Below are positions 32,320 to 43,813 of a DNA stretch of 64,000 nt, piece after piece (position 1 is the first letter of the stretch; each line of letters begins with the position of its first letter). The position numbers and the translations under genes are program-made. A model generated the notes under the pieces. It was not told the origin of the DNA. It did no database searches and saw nothing but the letters and a program-made list of their open reading frames with translations. This stretch comes from Trueperaceae bacterium (GTDB lineage Bacteria > Deinococcota > Deinococci > Deinococcales > Trueperaceae): positions 960,001 to 1,024,000 of the forward strand of contig JAXHLW010000013.1 of NCBI GenBank assembly GCA_034521815.1. The letters are read 5' to 3'.

Positions 32320-33703
32320 CCGTGACCTCCGACCCCACTGCCGGGACCACTGCCGGGACCACTGCCGGGACCGTTCCCGAAGGCGCCCGACCGAACCTGG
32401 TCCTGATCGACTGCCACGACCTCGGCCGCCACCTCGGCTGCTACGGACACCCGACGGTGCCGTCCGACGCGCTCGACGGGCTGGCGCGCGACGGGGTGCG
32501 CTTCGACAACGCCTTCTGCACCGCCCCGCAGTGCAGCCCGAGCCGGGCGTCGCTGTACACCGGACGCCACGCGCACGACGTCGGCATGCTGGGCCTGGCG
32601 CACGCACCGTTCGACTGGCGCCTGCATCCGGAGGTGCGCTACCTGGCGAGCTACCTCCAGCAGGCCGGCTGGCGGACCCACCACATCGGCGTGCAACACG
32701 TGATTCGCGACACCCCGGAGCACGTCCGCTCGCTGGGCTTCGACGTCCACGCCGCACCCCACGCCCAGGCGTCGCGGGTCGCGGACGAAGCGGCCCGCAC
32801 GATTCGGGGCGCAACCGGCCCGTTCTTCGTGAACGTCGGCTTCGAGGAGCCGCACCGCGACAGCCGGTCGGACGGTTCAAGGACCACCCTCCGTTCGACG
32901 CCCGCGGGGTGGAGGTCCCGGCGTACCTGCCGGACACGCCCGCCGCGCGCGACGAGATGGCCGAGCTGCAGGGCACGATCAAGGCGATGGACGACGGCGT
33001 GGCGCGCATCCTGGCCGCCGTCGCCGAGCGGCCGGACGCGGAGAACACCTGGGTCGTGTTCACCACCGACCACGGCCTCGCGCTCCCACGCGCCAAGGCG
33101 TCGATGTACGACCCCGGCCTGGGCGTGGCGCTGATCATGCGCTGGCCCGCGCGGGGGCTGACGGGGGGCCGCACGATCGACGCGCTCACCAGCCACGTGG
33201 ACCTGGTCCCGACCGTGCTGGAGGGGCTCGGGCTGAGCGCGAGCGACGATCTGCACGGTCGCAGCCTGTGGCCGCTGCTGCGCGAGGAGACCGACCGGCA
33301 CCACGCGGCCATCTTCGCGGAGAAGACGTTCCACACCGCGTACGAGCCGCAGCGCGCGGTCCGGACCGAGCGCTACAAGCTGATCGCGAACCTGGAAGTC
33401 GACGTGATGAACATCCCCGGCGACGTGCTGCGCAGCCCGATCACGGCCACCATGGTCGACCGGATCGCGGCCGAGCGCCCACCGCTGGAGCTCTACGACC
33501 TGATCACCGACCCGGACGAGGTCGACAACCGCATCGGCGACCCCGCGCTGGCCGAGGTCGCAGCGGAGCTGAAGCGCGAAGCTCGTCGCCTGGATGGAGC
33601 GCACCGACGACCCGATCCTGGACGGTCCGATCGCGCTCGCCCTACCGCGCACGCCGCCTGCCGGGCGCTGGGCCTTCCGGCCGAGCCCGACCCGTACGCA
33701 TGA
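32316..33703 (+). CDS. Sulfatase (formylglycine type), frameshift near 32865
   Basis: PNLVLIDCHDLG, CSPSRASLYTG (CxPxR), FTTDHG, ELYDL. Confidence 0.88.
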
Positions 33704-34720
33704 CGGCGCGACCCGGCGACCCCGGGACGCGGCCCGGCGGCGACGCGCCCCGCGAGCGTGACGGAGCACCGGTCGAGGTGCTCGTGCTCGGCCCGGCCTA
33801 CTGCGACCTGCTGTTCGTGGGCCTCGACGGGCTGCCCGCCCTGGGCACGGAACGGTTCTCGGACGGGTTCCTGACCACCGCCGGGGGAAGCGCGATCACC
33901 GCGATCGCGCTGCGCCGGCTCGGGCGCCGCGTCGGGCTGGTCGCCGACGTCGGCGACGACGCGCTCGGCCGGATCGTGCGCGAGGTGCTGGAGCGAGAGG
34001 GGATCGCGACGTCGTGGCTCCGCGACCGGATCGGCGTGCCCACCCCCGTCACCGCCGTGCTGTCCACCCCCGCCGATCGGGCGTTCGTGACGTACCTGCC
34101 CCCCGCGGCGGCGCCGGCCGATCTTAGCTCGATCCTGACGGCGTCCGGGGCCCGCCACCTGCACGTGGCCGGCTTTCCCGCGGCGATCGCCGATCCCGAC
34201 GTCGCCGAGACCGCGCGCGCCCACGGCGTGACCGTATCGTTCGATCCCGGCTGGGACGAAGCGGCGCTTCGCGACCCGAGCGTGCGGCGGCTCGCCCTGG
34301 CGTGCGACGTGCTGATGCCGAACCTCGTCGAGGCGCACCTGCTCGCTGACCTGGAAGACGAGTCCGACGGGTGGGGACCGGACGCCGCCTCGCGGACGCT
34401 CGACCGCCTGGCGAGCATGCGGCCGGATCGGACCACCGTCGTCAAGGACGGCCCGCGCGGCGCCGTCGGCATCGACGGCGCCGGACGAGCCTCGGCCTCG
34501 TCGCCCCCGGTCGAGGCCACCGACCCGACGGGCGCCGGCGACGTGTTCGACGCCGGCTTCCTGGACGCCTGGCTGAACCGAGAATCGCTTGACGACGTGC
34601 CTGCAGCGTGGCGCGCTGAGCGGCGCCCGCGCGGTCACGGCGTACGGCGGCGCGAGCGCGGCGCCGACGCGCGACGAGCTGGACGCCGCCTGGACGACGC
34701 CTGTCCGAAGGAGGAGAACC
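33700..34720 (+). CDS. PfkB family carbohydrate kinase, frameshift near 34595, end approximate
   Basis: AGGSAITA, VGDDALG, DPTGAGDVFDAGF. Confidence 0.85.
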
Positions 34721-34723
34721 GTG

Positions 34724-35980
34724 GTGAAGATCGCGATCATCGGCGGCGGCAGCGCCTACGCGCCCGGACTGCTGCAGGCGTTCGCGGCCGAGGCCGACGC
34801 GTTCGAGGGCGCGCAGCTGACGCTGATGGACGTCGCCGAGCGCGAGCTCGAGATCGTCCATCGCCTGGGCCTCCGGCTGTTCGAAGGCACCGGCCTGCAC
34901 CTCGACGCCACCACCGACCGCCGCCAGGCGATCGACGGCGCGACGCACGTCCTCACCACGTTTCGGCAGGGCGGCCTGTCCGCCCGACACCTCGACGAGA
35001 GCGTCCCGCTCCCGTTCGACGTCGTCGGTCAGGAGACGATCGGTCCCGGCGGGTTCTTCTTCGCGATGCGCACGCTGCCCGTCGTCCGCGAGATCGCGGA
35101 CGAGATCGCCCGCTGGGCCCCCGGCGCCACGCTGGTGAACTACACCAACCCGACCCAGATCGTCGCGGAAGCCGTCAACCGCTACACGGCCGTGCGGTGC
35201 ATCGCGATCTGCGATCAGACCGACGACGATCGGGTCCATATCGCCCAGGCGCTCGACCTCGCCCCGGAGGACGTCGAGCTCGAGTCGGTCGGCGTGAACC
35301 ACGCGACCTGGAGCAGCCGCTGTCGGATCGAGGGCGAGGACGGGATCGCACGCATGATCGCCGAGCACGACCGCGTCCAGGCGCGACCCGACGTCTCGAG
35401 CCGCACCAAGCGGCAGTTCGCGCTGACGCGGCACTACCGCCAGGTCCCGAACAGCTACCTGCAGTACTACGCCTACCGCGACGAGACGCTCGCGGACGCG
35501 AAGGCGGCGTCGCGGACCCGCGCCGAGACGATCGCCGAGGAGCTGCCCGGGCACTACCGCCACTTCGCGGAACAGGCGGACGCCGAGACCCCGCGACTGA
35601 GCCGGGGACGCGGAGGCTCCGTGTTCGGCGACTTCGCGGTGCGCGTGCTCCGCGCCCTCGTGACCGGCGAGGCGGCGCGGTTGACCCTCAACGTTCCCAA
35701 CGCGGACCGGGCGGTTCCCGACCTCGATCCGGAGCGCGTGGTCGAAGTCCCCTGCCTGGTGGAGGGAGGCCGCATCGTGCCCGAGCCGCAGCCGCGCCTC
35801 GCGGCCGACCGTCGCGGCCTGATCAGGATGCTGGCGGACTACCAGGCGGCCGCCGCGGACGCCATCTGGGAGGGCGACAGGGCGGCCGTGACGCGCGCCC
35901 TGGCGAGCAACCCGCTGGTCGGCTCGGTCCGGAAGGCGGACGCGCTCCTGAACGCGCGGGCGCGAGGCGACGGCGCGTAG
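34724..35980 (+). CDS. Glycoside hydrolase family 4 (6-phospho-beta-glucosidase-like)
   Basis: KIAIIGGGS, GQETIGPGG, NYTNP, ICD, GVNH. Confidence 0.9.
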   Translation: MKIAIIGGGSAYAPGLLQAFAAEADAFEGAQLTLMDVAERELEIVHRLGLRLFEGTGLHLDATTDRRQAIDGATHVLTTFRQGGLSARHLDESVPLPFDVVGQETIGPGGFFFAMRTLPVVREIADEIARWAPGATLVNYTNPTQIVAEAVNRYTAVRCIAICDQTDDDRVHIAQALDLAPEDVELESVGVNHATWSSRCRIEGEDGIARMIAEHDRVQARPDVSSRTKRQFALTRHYRQVPNSYLQYYAYRDETLADAKAASRTRAETIAEELPGHYRHFAEQADAETPRLSRGRGGSVFGDFAVRVLRALVTGEAARLTLNVPNADRAVPDLDPERVVEVPCLVEGGRIVPEPQPRLAADRRGLIRMLADYQAAAADAIWEGDRAAVTRALASNPLVGSVRKADALLNARARGDGA

Positions 35981-36041
35981 GCCCGACCTCGCGGAGCGGG
36001 CTGGCCGGGTCGCTCGATCACGCTCCGGTAGCGTGTCGTCC

Positions 36042-36820
36042 ATGGACCCGATCGCGCAGATCCGCGCTCACCGCTCGATCCGACGCTACCGACCGGACCC
36101 CGTCGGCGACCAGCTCCTGGACAGGCTGCTGGAGGCCGGCATTCGCGCCTCGTCGTCGGGAACATGCAGGCCTACTCGATCGTCGCGACGCGCGATCGCG
36201 CCCTGCGCGAACGTCTGTACGTGCCGCACATGGAACAGGAGATGGTCCTCGAAGCACCGCTGCTGCTCACGTTCTGCGCCGACTTCCGGCGGATGCGGCG
36301 CTGGCTGGCGCTGAGCGGCGCGGAGGACGGATTCGACGACCTGTTCTCGTTCCTGGTCGGCGCGATCGACGCCGTGCTGGTGTCGCAGAACGTGGCGCTG
36401 GCAGCGGAGGCCGAGGGTCTGGGCATCTGCTACCTGGGGAGCACGCTGGCCAACTGCGACCGGGTCGGCGAGATCCTGGAGCTTCCGCCGGGCGTCGTGC
36501 CGGTCGCGGGCTTCACGCTGGGCTGGCCCGCCGAGGACCCGCCGCTACGCGACCGCCTGCCGCTGGACGGCCTGGTGCACCGCGAGACGTACCGCGATCC
36601 GGACGACGCGCGGCTGCTCGAGATCTACCGGGACCGCGAGACCGCCGGCTGGGAGCGCTACATGGCCCGCCCGGAGCTGCGGGCGCGCGTCCAGGCCGCC
36701 GGCGCGGAGAACCTCGCGCAGCTCTACGCCACGGTCAAGTACCCACGCGCCGACGGTCATGCGTTCGCGCGGTCGGTCCGGGCGTACCTCGCCGCGCAGG
36801 ACTTCATGAACGACGCGTAG
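36042..36820 (+). CDS. Nitroreductase / NADPH-flavin oxidoreductase (NfsA-like), frameshift near 36160
   Basis: HRSIRRY, QAYSIV, AAEAEGLGICYLG. Confidence 0.85.
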
Positions 36821-38085
36821 GTCTCGACCCCTGCCCCGCCCGCTCGTGCTGGGGCTTCGGCCCTCGAACCAGCGGCGCCGTGGCCACGATTCCGGCGATC
36901 GGCCCCAGCGCCAGCGGCAGCCAGATCCGTTCCGGAGGCCAGGCGACGGCCGCGGCGGTCAGCGCCTGGATCGCCGGGATCGTGACGGCGAAGCCGATGC
37001 TGTTCACGATCGTCAGCGCAGAGCCTCGGACCTCGGGAGGCGCCGTGCGCGCCACCAGCGTCGAGAACTGCGGCGAGTCCCCCACCACCGCGAATCCCCA
37101 CAGCGTCACGGCGAGCGCGAACCACGCCCCGCTCAGGCCGAACAGCCACGGCGAGGCGAGCCCGATCGTGCCCGACGCCGCCAGCATCGCGAGCGCGACC
37201 CGGGCGCTCCCGGCCCGTGCCGAAGCGAGGCCGCCGATCACGCAGCCCGCCGCGCCCACGGCGATCACCGCGAACGCCCCGGCGGATACCGTCGCCGCCT
37301 CGGCTTCCGGAAACCGCGTCGCCAGCAGGACCGGAACGAACGCCCAGAACGCGTACAGCTCCCACATGTGCCCGAAGTAGCCCGAGCGCGGCCGATCGGA
37401 ACTCGGCGACACGGAACACCGCGGCGATCGCCCCGGGCCGGAACCCCTGGCCGGCGCTCCGGTACGGGCCGTCGGGCACGAGCAGCCAGACGGCGAGCCC
37501 GCCGAGCACCGCCAAGACCGAGGTTCCCTGCACGACCGTCTGCCACGGTAGATCTGCCGCCCCGGCCGCGAGAAGGTGGGGAAACGCCGTCCCCAGCACC
37601 AACGCTCCGACGAGCCACCCCAGGGCACGGCCCAACCCGGCTTCGAACCAGTCCGCGGCCAGCTTCATCCCGACGGGATAGATGCCCGCCAAGAAGAACC
37701 CCGTCAGGAACCTGAACGCCAGGATCCAGGCGTAGTCGGTGGCGACCGTTCCCACCCCGAGGTTGACGACCGCTCCGGCGACCGCCGACAGCACGAACAC
37801 CCGCGAGGGCGAGAACCGATCCGCGATCGTCGCGACGGCGTACGCCAGCGTGCCCACGATGAACCCGATCTGCACCGCCGACGTGAGCGGGCCCAGCGCG
37901 GTGGCGGGCAGGCCGTACGCGCTCTGCAGATCGCTCAGCACCGCGTTCCCAGCGAACCAGAGCGAGGTACCCGCGAACTGCGCGGCGACGATGATCGGCA
38001 GGATCCTGCGGGGCCGGAGGTGCCCGGCTTCCTCCTCGCCAGCGTCGCCCGAGCGTCCGTCGTTCGTCTTCCGCACGTTCTGCAC
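36804..38085 (-). CDS. MFS transporter, frameshift near 37385
   Basis: SLWFAGNAV, LTSAVQIGF, GIYPVGMK, YFGHMWELYA, DSPQFS. Confidence 0.85.
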
Positions 38086-38190
38086 GGCCGACTGTACCCG
38101 GCGGCAGCGAACGGTCGACGTCGGATTCGATGCCGACGCCGCCCAGCCGGGAGCGTGCGACGCGCAGGCCGCTCGCGGTAGGCTGGATGC

Positions 38191-38730
38191 ATGCGCATCG
38201 GAATCGTATCCGACGTCCACGACGCGCTCTCGAACCTGCGTGCGGCGCTCGACGAGCTTCGCAGCGCGGACGTTCTTCTGGTCGCGGGCGACCTCTGCTC
38301 GCCGTTCGTGCTGCCGATCCTCGCAGACGGGTTCGCGCACGGCGACGTCCACATCGTGTTCGGGAACAACGACGGCGACCGGTTCCGGATGCAGCGCGTG
38401 GCAGCGGACCTCGCGAACGTGCACTTGCACGGCGAGGCGTGGACGGGCGAGCTCGGCGGGCGAACGATCGCGATGAACCACTTCCCCGCCGTCGCCGTGA
38501 CGATGGACCCGGCACGCTTTCATCTGATCGTGTTCGGGCACGATCACCGGCTCCGTACGGAACGCACCGAGGCGGGCGGCTGGCGCCTCGATCCCGGCTC
38601 GCTGCTGGGCTACGACCCTGCCGAACGTCAAGACGTGTCGCCCACGTTCCTGATCTACGACACCGAGAGCGACGAGGTCCAGAGTCTCGAGATCCCCCCT
38701 GGATCCGGCTCGGCACGCACCCGGGCGTGA
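38191..38730 (+). CDS. Metallophosphoesterase (YfcE/MJ0936-like)
   Basis: SDVHD, AGDL, GNND, FGHDH, PGS. Confidence 0.88.
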   Translation: MRIGIVSDVHDALSNLRAALDELRSADVLLVAGDLCSPFVLPILADGFAHGDVHIVFGNNDGDRFRMQRVAADLANVHLHGEAWTGELGGRTIAMNHFPAVAVTMDPARFHLIVFGHDHRLRTERTEAGGWRLDPGSLLGYDPAERQDVSPTFLIYDTESDEVQSLEIPPGSGSARTRA

Positions 38731-38737
38731 GCGCTCG

Positions 38738-39382
38738 TCAGTCCGCGGGCGGCGCCGCGTGCGTCGCGGCCGCCACCACGCCCAGGCCGACGTACACCGT
38801 GCCGGTCAGCCACCGCTGGATCCGCGTGGCGCCCGGGCGCCGCCTCAGAACGGCGCCGATCCAGCCGGCCGACAACGCGTAGAGCGAGTCCGTCAACGCG
38901 GCCAGCGCGACGAAGATCCCGCCCAGGACCAGCGTCTGCGCTGCGACCGGGCCCCGCGCCGGGTCGAGGAACTGCGGCACGAAGGCCAACACGAACAGCG
39001 CGAGCTTCGGGTTGAGCACGGTCACGACGACGCCCTGGGCGGCGATGCGCCGGAGCGACCGCTCCTGCGCGCCTGCGGACGTGAACGGCTCCGGGTCCCT
39101 CTCGAGCCACGTTCGAACACCGAGGATCACCAGGTAGCCCGCGCCGGCCCACTTCACGACGGCGAAGGCGGTGGCCGAGCTGGCGAGGATCGCCGAGAGT
39201 CCCAGCGCCGCCGCCCCGAAGTGCACCAGCGCGCCGCTGTTCACCCCGAGCACCGACGCCAGCCCCGCCGCCCTGCCCTGCCGCATCGACCGGGCCACGA
39301 CGTACAGCACGGACGGTCCAGGCACGATCAGGAGCGCCAGCGAAGCGGCGACGTAGAGCACCAGCGATCCCGGTTCCAGCAC
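38738..39382 (-). CDS. LysE/RhtB family translocator
   Basis: PGPS, KWAGAGYL, LNPK, PQF. Confidence 0.9.
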   Translation of the reverse strand: MLEPGSLVLYVAASLALLIVPGPSVLYVVARSMRQGRAAGLASVLGVNSGALVHFGAAALGLSAILASSATAFAVVKWAGAGYLVILGVRTWLERDPEPFTSAGAQERSLRRIAAQGVVVTVLNPKLALFVLAFVPQFLDPARGPVAAQTLVLGGIFVALAALTDSLYALSAGWIGAVLRRRPGATRIQRWLTGTVYVGLGVVAAATHAAPPAD

Positions 39383-39428
39383 GGCGAGCCTCCCGGTCCA
39401 ATGTACCCGCCACGGTATCGTCGTGCGC

Positions 39429-39908
39429 ATGTCTCCCTCCAAGAGCACCCGCCGCGTGATCGCGGCGCTTCACGCGCACGGCGTCGACACCGAGGTCCGC
39501 GACATGCCGGGCTCCACCAGGACCGCGCAGGACGCCGCCGACGCGGTGGGCTGCGACGTCGCGCAGATCGTGAAGTCGTTGGTGTTCGCTGCCGAGGACG
39601 GGCGCGCCTGGCTGATCCTGGTGAGCGGCCCGAACCGCGTCGATACCGACCTGCTCCAGGAGCGCACGGGATGCCCCGTGTCGATGGCCGATCCGGCCAC
39701 CGTCCGCGAGGTCACCGGGTTCGCGATCGGCGGCGTCGCGCCGGTCGGACTGGCGCACGACCTGCCGGTGCTGATGGACGAGGAGCTCCTCCGCCACGAC
39801 GTCGTCTGGGCCGCCGCCGGCACCCCGAAGAGCGTGTTCCCCGTCGCTCCAGGCGTTCTACGGCGCATCGCCGGCGCCGACGTCGTCCGCGTCGTCCGCA
39901 CGGCATGA
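39429..39908 (+). CDS. YbaK/EbsC family aminoacyl-tRNA editing protein
   Basis: TRTAQDAA, QIVKSL, TGFAIGGVAP, WAAAG. Confidence 0.9.
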   Translation: MSPSKSTRRVIAALHAHGVDTEVRDMPGSTRTAQDAADAVGCDVAQIVKSLVFAAEDGRAWLILVSGPNRVDTDLLQERTGCPVSMADPATVREVTGFAIGGVAPVGLAHDLPVLMDEELLRHDVVWAAAGTPKSVFPVAPGVLRRIAGADVVRVVRTA

Positions 39909-39915
39909 GCGCCAC

Positions 39916-40632
39916 GTGAGCGGAGCCCGCTGGCGACGCCCGCCGTCGTGGCGTCTGTTCGTGCTTCGGCTGGCGCACCTGAACGTCGGCCTGATGGTGT
40001 TCGGGCTGAGCATCGCGCTCATGATCACGGCGAACATCGGGCTGGGGCCGTGGGACGTGTTCCACCAGGGCGTCGCTCAACGGACGCCGCTGACGATCGG
40101 CCAGGCGATGGTCGCCGCCGGCTTGGCGCTGCTGGTCGTCTCGGCCACGCTGGCCAAGGTCCGGCCGGGCGTCGGGACGATCCTGAACATGGCGCTGATC
40201 GGGCCGTGGGTGGACCTGTTCCTGGCGGTTCCGGGCTTTCCGGAGGCGGCCGGCGGCGCCGCCGGCTGGGGACTGTTCGTCGCGGGACTGGTGCTGAACG
40301 GCTTCGCGACCGGCCTGTACATCACCGCTGGCTTGGGGGCGGGCCCGAGGGACGGGTTCGCGATCGGCCTCGCCACGCTGCTGGGCACGCAGGTGCGGCG
40401 GGCGCGCACGCTCGTCGAGGTCGTCGTGCTGGCCACGGGCTGGGCGCTGGGCGGGACGGTGGGGCTGGGCACGCTGGCGTTCGCGGCCGGCATCGGACCC
40501 CTGATGCAGGCGGGCCTGCGCTCGCTTCGGGGGGTCGAGCGGGCCTACGCCGCGGCGTCGGACGCGGCCCGGCCCGCCCCTGCCGCAGCTCGGGTCGATC
40601 CACGCGCCGACACGCTCGACGAGCCGGTCTGA
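39916..40632 (+). CDS. YczE/YitT-like membrane protein
   Basis: LGPWDVFHQG, GAGPRDG, GGTVGLGT. Confidence 0.85.
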   Translation: MSGARWRRPPSWRLFVLRLAHLNVGLMVFGLSIALMITANIGLGPWDVFHQGVAQRTPLTIGQAMVAAGLALLVVSATLAKVRPGVGTILNMALIGPWVDLFLAVPGFPEAAGGAAGWGLFVAGLVLNGFATGLYITAGLGAGPRDGFAIGLATLLGTQVRRARTLVEVVVLATGWALGGTVGLGTLAFAAGIGPLMQAGLRSLRGVERAYAAASDAARPAPAAARVDPRADTLDEPV

Positions 40633-40636
40633 GGCG

Positions 40637-42100
40637 CTACTCGATCTCGATCCGCTCGACCGGTCCGAACTCGTCCAGCGGGCGATCGAACGCCGCCTCG
40701 TCGCCGACGACGAGGATCACCAGGTGAGCTGGATCGACGACCTGTCTCGCGGCGGCCTGGACGTCGCCCGGAGCGAGGGCCTGCATCGCCTCGACATGCC
40801 GAGCGAAGTAGCCGCCTGGAAGCCCCAGGAGCTCCACCCTGGCCGCTCGCTCGGCGACGGCCGCGACCGAGACGTCGCGGAACACCGAGCTGTTCACCAG
40901 CGTCGTGACGGACCGCTCGAGCTCGGCCTGCGTCACGCCCTCGTCGCGTAGCCGATCGATCTCGGCCAACAGCAGCCCCAGCACCTCCGCGGTGGCGTCC
41001 ACGCGTGTGAACGCGTACGCCAGGAACGTGCCCGGAACCTCGAACCCCTGCGTGAGCTGCGAGCCCGTGGCGTACGCGAGGCCGCGGCGCGTCCGGATCT
41101 CGCTGAACAGCCGGCTGCCGAACCCACCGGCCCCCAGGACGTCGTTCGCGACGGTGAATGCGGAGTACGGCCCCTGGTAGGCGACCATGGCCGGCTGCCC
41201 GACGAGCACGATCGACTGCTGCAGGTCCTTCTGCGCCAGGTAGATTCGCCGCTCGGGCTCCGGGTCGTACGCCGGAAGCTCGGGCGGCGCGGCGACGTCG
41301 ACCTCCCAGCCTCCGAACTCGCGCTCCAGGCGAGCGAGCATCCGTTCCGCGTCGAAATCGCCGGCGACCGCGAGGACGGTGGCCTTCGGACCGTAGTACG
41401 CCCGGTGGAACGCGACGAGGTCGCTCCGCTCGATCGCGCCGATCGTGGCCTCGGTCGGGTAGCGACCCGCCGGGTGGTCGCCGGCGATCCGGCGCTGGAA
41501 CTCGCGCACGGCCAGCTGAACCGGGTCGTCGACGACGCGACGGATCGCCTCGAGCTGACGGCTTCGCTGCACCTCGATGCGTTCCGGGTCGAAGCCGGGG
41601 GCGACGAGCACGTCGCGCCAGATCGGCACGACCTGGTCCAGCGTGTCCGACAGCGCGGAGAACGACACGCTGGCCAGGACGTCGCTCGAGGACGCCTCGA
41701 CCGACGCGGCCAGACGCTCCAGCGTGACGTCGATCGTCGCGGGCGAGCGCCCTCCGGCACCCCCTTCGCGCAGGAGGGCGGCCGTGAATCCGGCCAGGCC
41801 GGCGAGGTCGTCGGGGTCGTACAGGCCGGGCGCCTCGACGTAGGCCACGCCCGAGACGAGCGGCAACGTCCGGTCTTCGGCCAGATGGACGACGATGCCG
41901 TTGCTCAACACGGCGCGCACGGGCTCGGGCGCATCGAACGTCAGCGGTGGCGCCTCGATCTCGCTGGGGTGGGGCCAATCGGCAGGCTGGGCGAACGCGC
42001 CCAGCGACGTCGCGACGAGAAGAACCAGCAGCGACCGTGCAGCGAAGGCAGGGGTCGGACGGCCAACCGACCGTCGGGCGGGGTGGTGTGTACCTGGCAT
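40637..42100 (-). CDS. M16 family peptidase, non-catalytic subunit
   Basis: LSNGIVV, SRLFSEIRTRRGLAY; no HxxEH motif. Confidence 0.88.
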   Translation of the reverse strand: MPGTHHPARRSVGRPTPAFAARSLLVLLVATSLGAFAQPADWPHPSEIEAPPLTFDAPEPVRAVLSNGIVVHLAEDRTLPLVSGVAYVEAPGLYDPDDLAGLAGFTAALLREGGAGGRSPATIDVTLERLAASVEASSSDVLASVSFSALSDTLDQVVPIWRDVLVAPGFDPERIEVQRSRQLEAIRRVVDDPVQLAVREFQRRIAGDHPAGRYPTEATIGAIERSDLVAFHRAYYGPKATVLAVAGDFDAERMLARLEREFGGWEVDVAAPPELPAYDPEPERRIYLAQKDLQQSIVLVGQPAMVAYQGPYSAFTVANDVLGAGGFGSRLFSEIRTRRGLAYATGSQLTQGFEVPGTFLAYAFTRVDATAEVLGLLLAEIDRLRDEGVTQAELERSVTTLVNSSVFRDVSVAAVAERAARVELLGLPGGYFARHVEAMQALAPGDVQAAARQVVDPAHLVILVVGDEAAFDRPLDEFGPVERIEIE

Positions 42101-43686
42101 CAGCGGTCCTCCTCGCCGTTCGCGCCGTCCGATTCGTCCGCGCCCTCGCCGCCTGCGCGAAGCACGGCGACGGTGCGCTGGTCGTCCACGAAGGTGCGGG
42201 CCGCGACCTCGCGCAGCTCCTCGGCGTCGATCGACAGGTACACGTCGAGATCGTCGACCAGGCGCTCCCAGCCGCCGGCGAACAGCTCGTTGAACGCCAG
42301 CGACGAGGCCAGCCCCGCGTTCGAGGCGAGGCTCCGCACGGTCGAGGCCCGCACCTGGTTTCGGACCTTGTCGAGCTCGTCCTGCGTCACGCCGTCCCGC
42401 GCGAGCCGCGCCAGCTCGTCGTCGATCGCTGCGAGCAGATCGTCCGGTCCGAACGGGGCTCGCGGCTGGGCGTAGACGAGGAACAGGTTGTCCTCGCGCG
42501 TACCCGGGAACGAGGCGCTGCTGCTCACGCTCAGCGCCGAGCCGTCCTCGAGCACGAGCCGCTGGTACAGGCGCGAGGTGCGACCGTTCGTGAGGAGCGC
42601 GTCGATCAGGTCCAGCGCGAACGCGTCGCGCGTGGGCCAGGTCGGCTTTCGCCAGCCGACGGCGAGCTGCGGCTGGGCGTCGAAGGTGACCGCGACGCGA
42701 CGCTCTGCGGTCTGCGGAGCCGCGTCCGGAATCCGTGGGGTCAGCGTCTCGCGGGCGGGAACCGCACCGAAGTAGCGCCGCAGGACCTCGACGTCGTGGT
42801 CGGGATCGACGTCCCCGACGACGACGAGGACCGCTCGATCCGGGGCGTAGAAGCTCTGGTAGAACGCCTCCGCCGCCGTCGCGGTCCAGCCCGCGATCTC
42901 CTCGGCCGAGCCGATCAGCGGCCGGCCGTACGGGTGCTCCGGAAAGGCGGTCGCCAGGAACGCTTCGATCAGGACGCCTGCGGGGTCGTCCTCGCTGCGT
43001 TGCCGCCGCTCCTCGCGCACGACGTCCCGCTCCTCGTAGAAGGCGCGGAACACCGTGTTCGCCATCACGTCGGCGTAGACGCGCGCGTACAGCTCCAGCC
43101 GGTTGGCGGGCAGCGACACGACGTACTGGGTCGAGTCGTAGCCGGTCGAGGCGTTCAGGCCGACGGCGCCCGCCACGCCCAGCAGGTCGTCCAGCGGCGC
43201 GCTGGACGCCAGCGCGTTGGCGTGCTCACGGGCGGCCGCGAACCGTTCCTCCGCTCGCGCGACGGCCTCGGCGTCTCCCGCGCGCCGAACGTGCGCCAGC
43301 GACAGCGCGGCCACCTCCACGGCGTCGAGGGCCTGGGCTTCGGCCCGGGCGTCCAGGCTCCCGATCGTGTCCGTCCCCTTGAACGCCATGTGCTCGACCA
43401 TGTGGGCGATGCCGCCCAGCCCTGCCGGCTCGTCGATGCCGCCGACGTCGAACGCCAGGTGGAACGAGATCACCGGCGCGGAAGGCTGTTCGACGAGGAT
43501 CAGGCGCATGCCGTTGTCCAGCGTTTCGGTGCTCACGCGTTGGGCGAGGTCCTGCGCGATCGCCGCCGCAGACGCCGCCAGGACGGCGCATGCCGCCAGC
43601 ACGTGGTGGGTTCGCCACGGGCGCGCAGGTTGGCGCTCAGGTCGCGCAGGTCGATCGGGTCGTGGGGATCTCCGGAGTCCGAGCAT
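42100..43686 (-). CDS. M16 family zinc peptidase, catalytic subunit
   Basis: GIAHMVEHMAFKGT, NASTG, ERDVVREERR, HPYGRPLIG. Confidence 0.92.
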   Translation of the reverse strand: MLGLRRSPRPDRPARPERQPARPWRTHHVLAACAVLAASAAAIAQDLAQRVSTETLDNGMRLILVEQPSAPVISFHLAFDVGGIDEPAGLGGIAHMVEHMAFKGTDTIGSLDARAEAQALDAVEVAALSLAHVRRAGDAEAVARAEERFAAAREHANALASSAPLDDLLGVAGAVGLNASTGYDSTQYVVSLPANRLELYARVYADVMANTVFRAFYEERDVVREERRQRSEDDPAGVLIEAFLATAFPEHPYGRPLIGSAEEIAGWTATAAEAFYQSFYAPDRAVLVVVGDVDPDHDVEVLRRYFGAVPARETLTPRIPDAAPQTAERRVAVTFDAQPQLAVGWRKPTWPTRDAFALDLIDALLTNGRTSRLYQRLVLEDGSALSVSSSASFPGTREDNLFLVYAQPRAPFGPDDLLAAIDDELARLARDGVTQDELDKVRNQVRASTVRSLASNAGLASSLAFNELFAGGWERLVDDLDVYLSIDAEELREVAARTFVDDQRTVAVLRAGGEGADESDGANGEEDR

Positions 43687-43813
43687 GCGCCATGCTACGG
43701 GTCCGCGCCCGGCCAGGCTGCTGCCGACGTCACGCTTCCGACGTCGAGCGCGTCGCGGCCGTCGCGGTGCGACGTCGCGGCCGTGGCGCGGCTCGCCTGG
43801 CGCGGCCGGTGCC

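Noticed and set aside
34589-35980. PfkB-GH4 fusion
   Set aside because: GH4 has its own GGAGGAG RBS and GTG start near 34721-34724; the read-through is most likely indel error.
33268-37380. 1370-aa ORF and other long Arg/Pro/Ala-rich alternative-frame ORFs
   Set aside because: Shadow ORFs of high-GC DNA that overlap recognisable genes in other frames.
26450-37400. Many frameshifts read as pseudogenes or programmed frameshifting
   Set aside because: They are single-base indels in otherwise conserved genes with no slippery motif. In the duplicated block such indels fall at different positions in each copy, as expected for long-read error.
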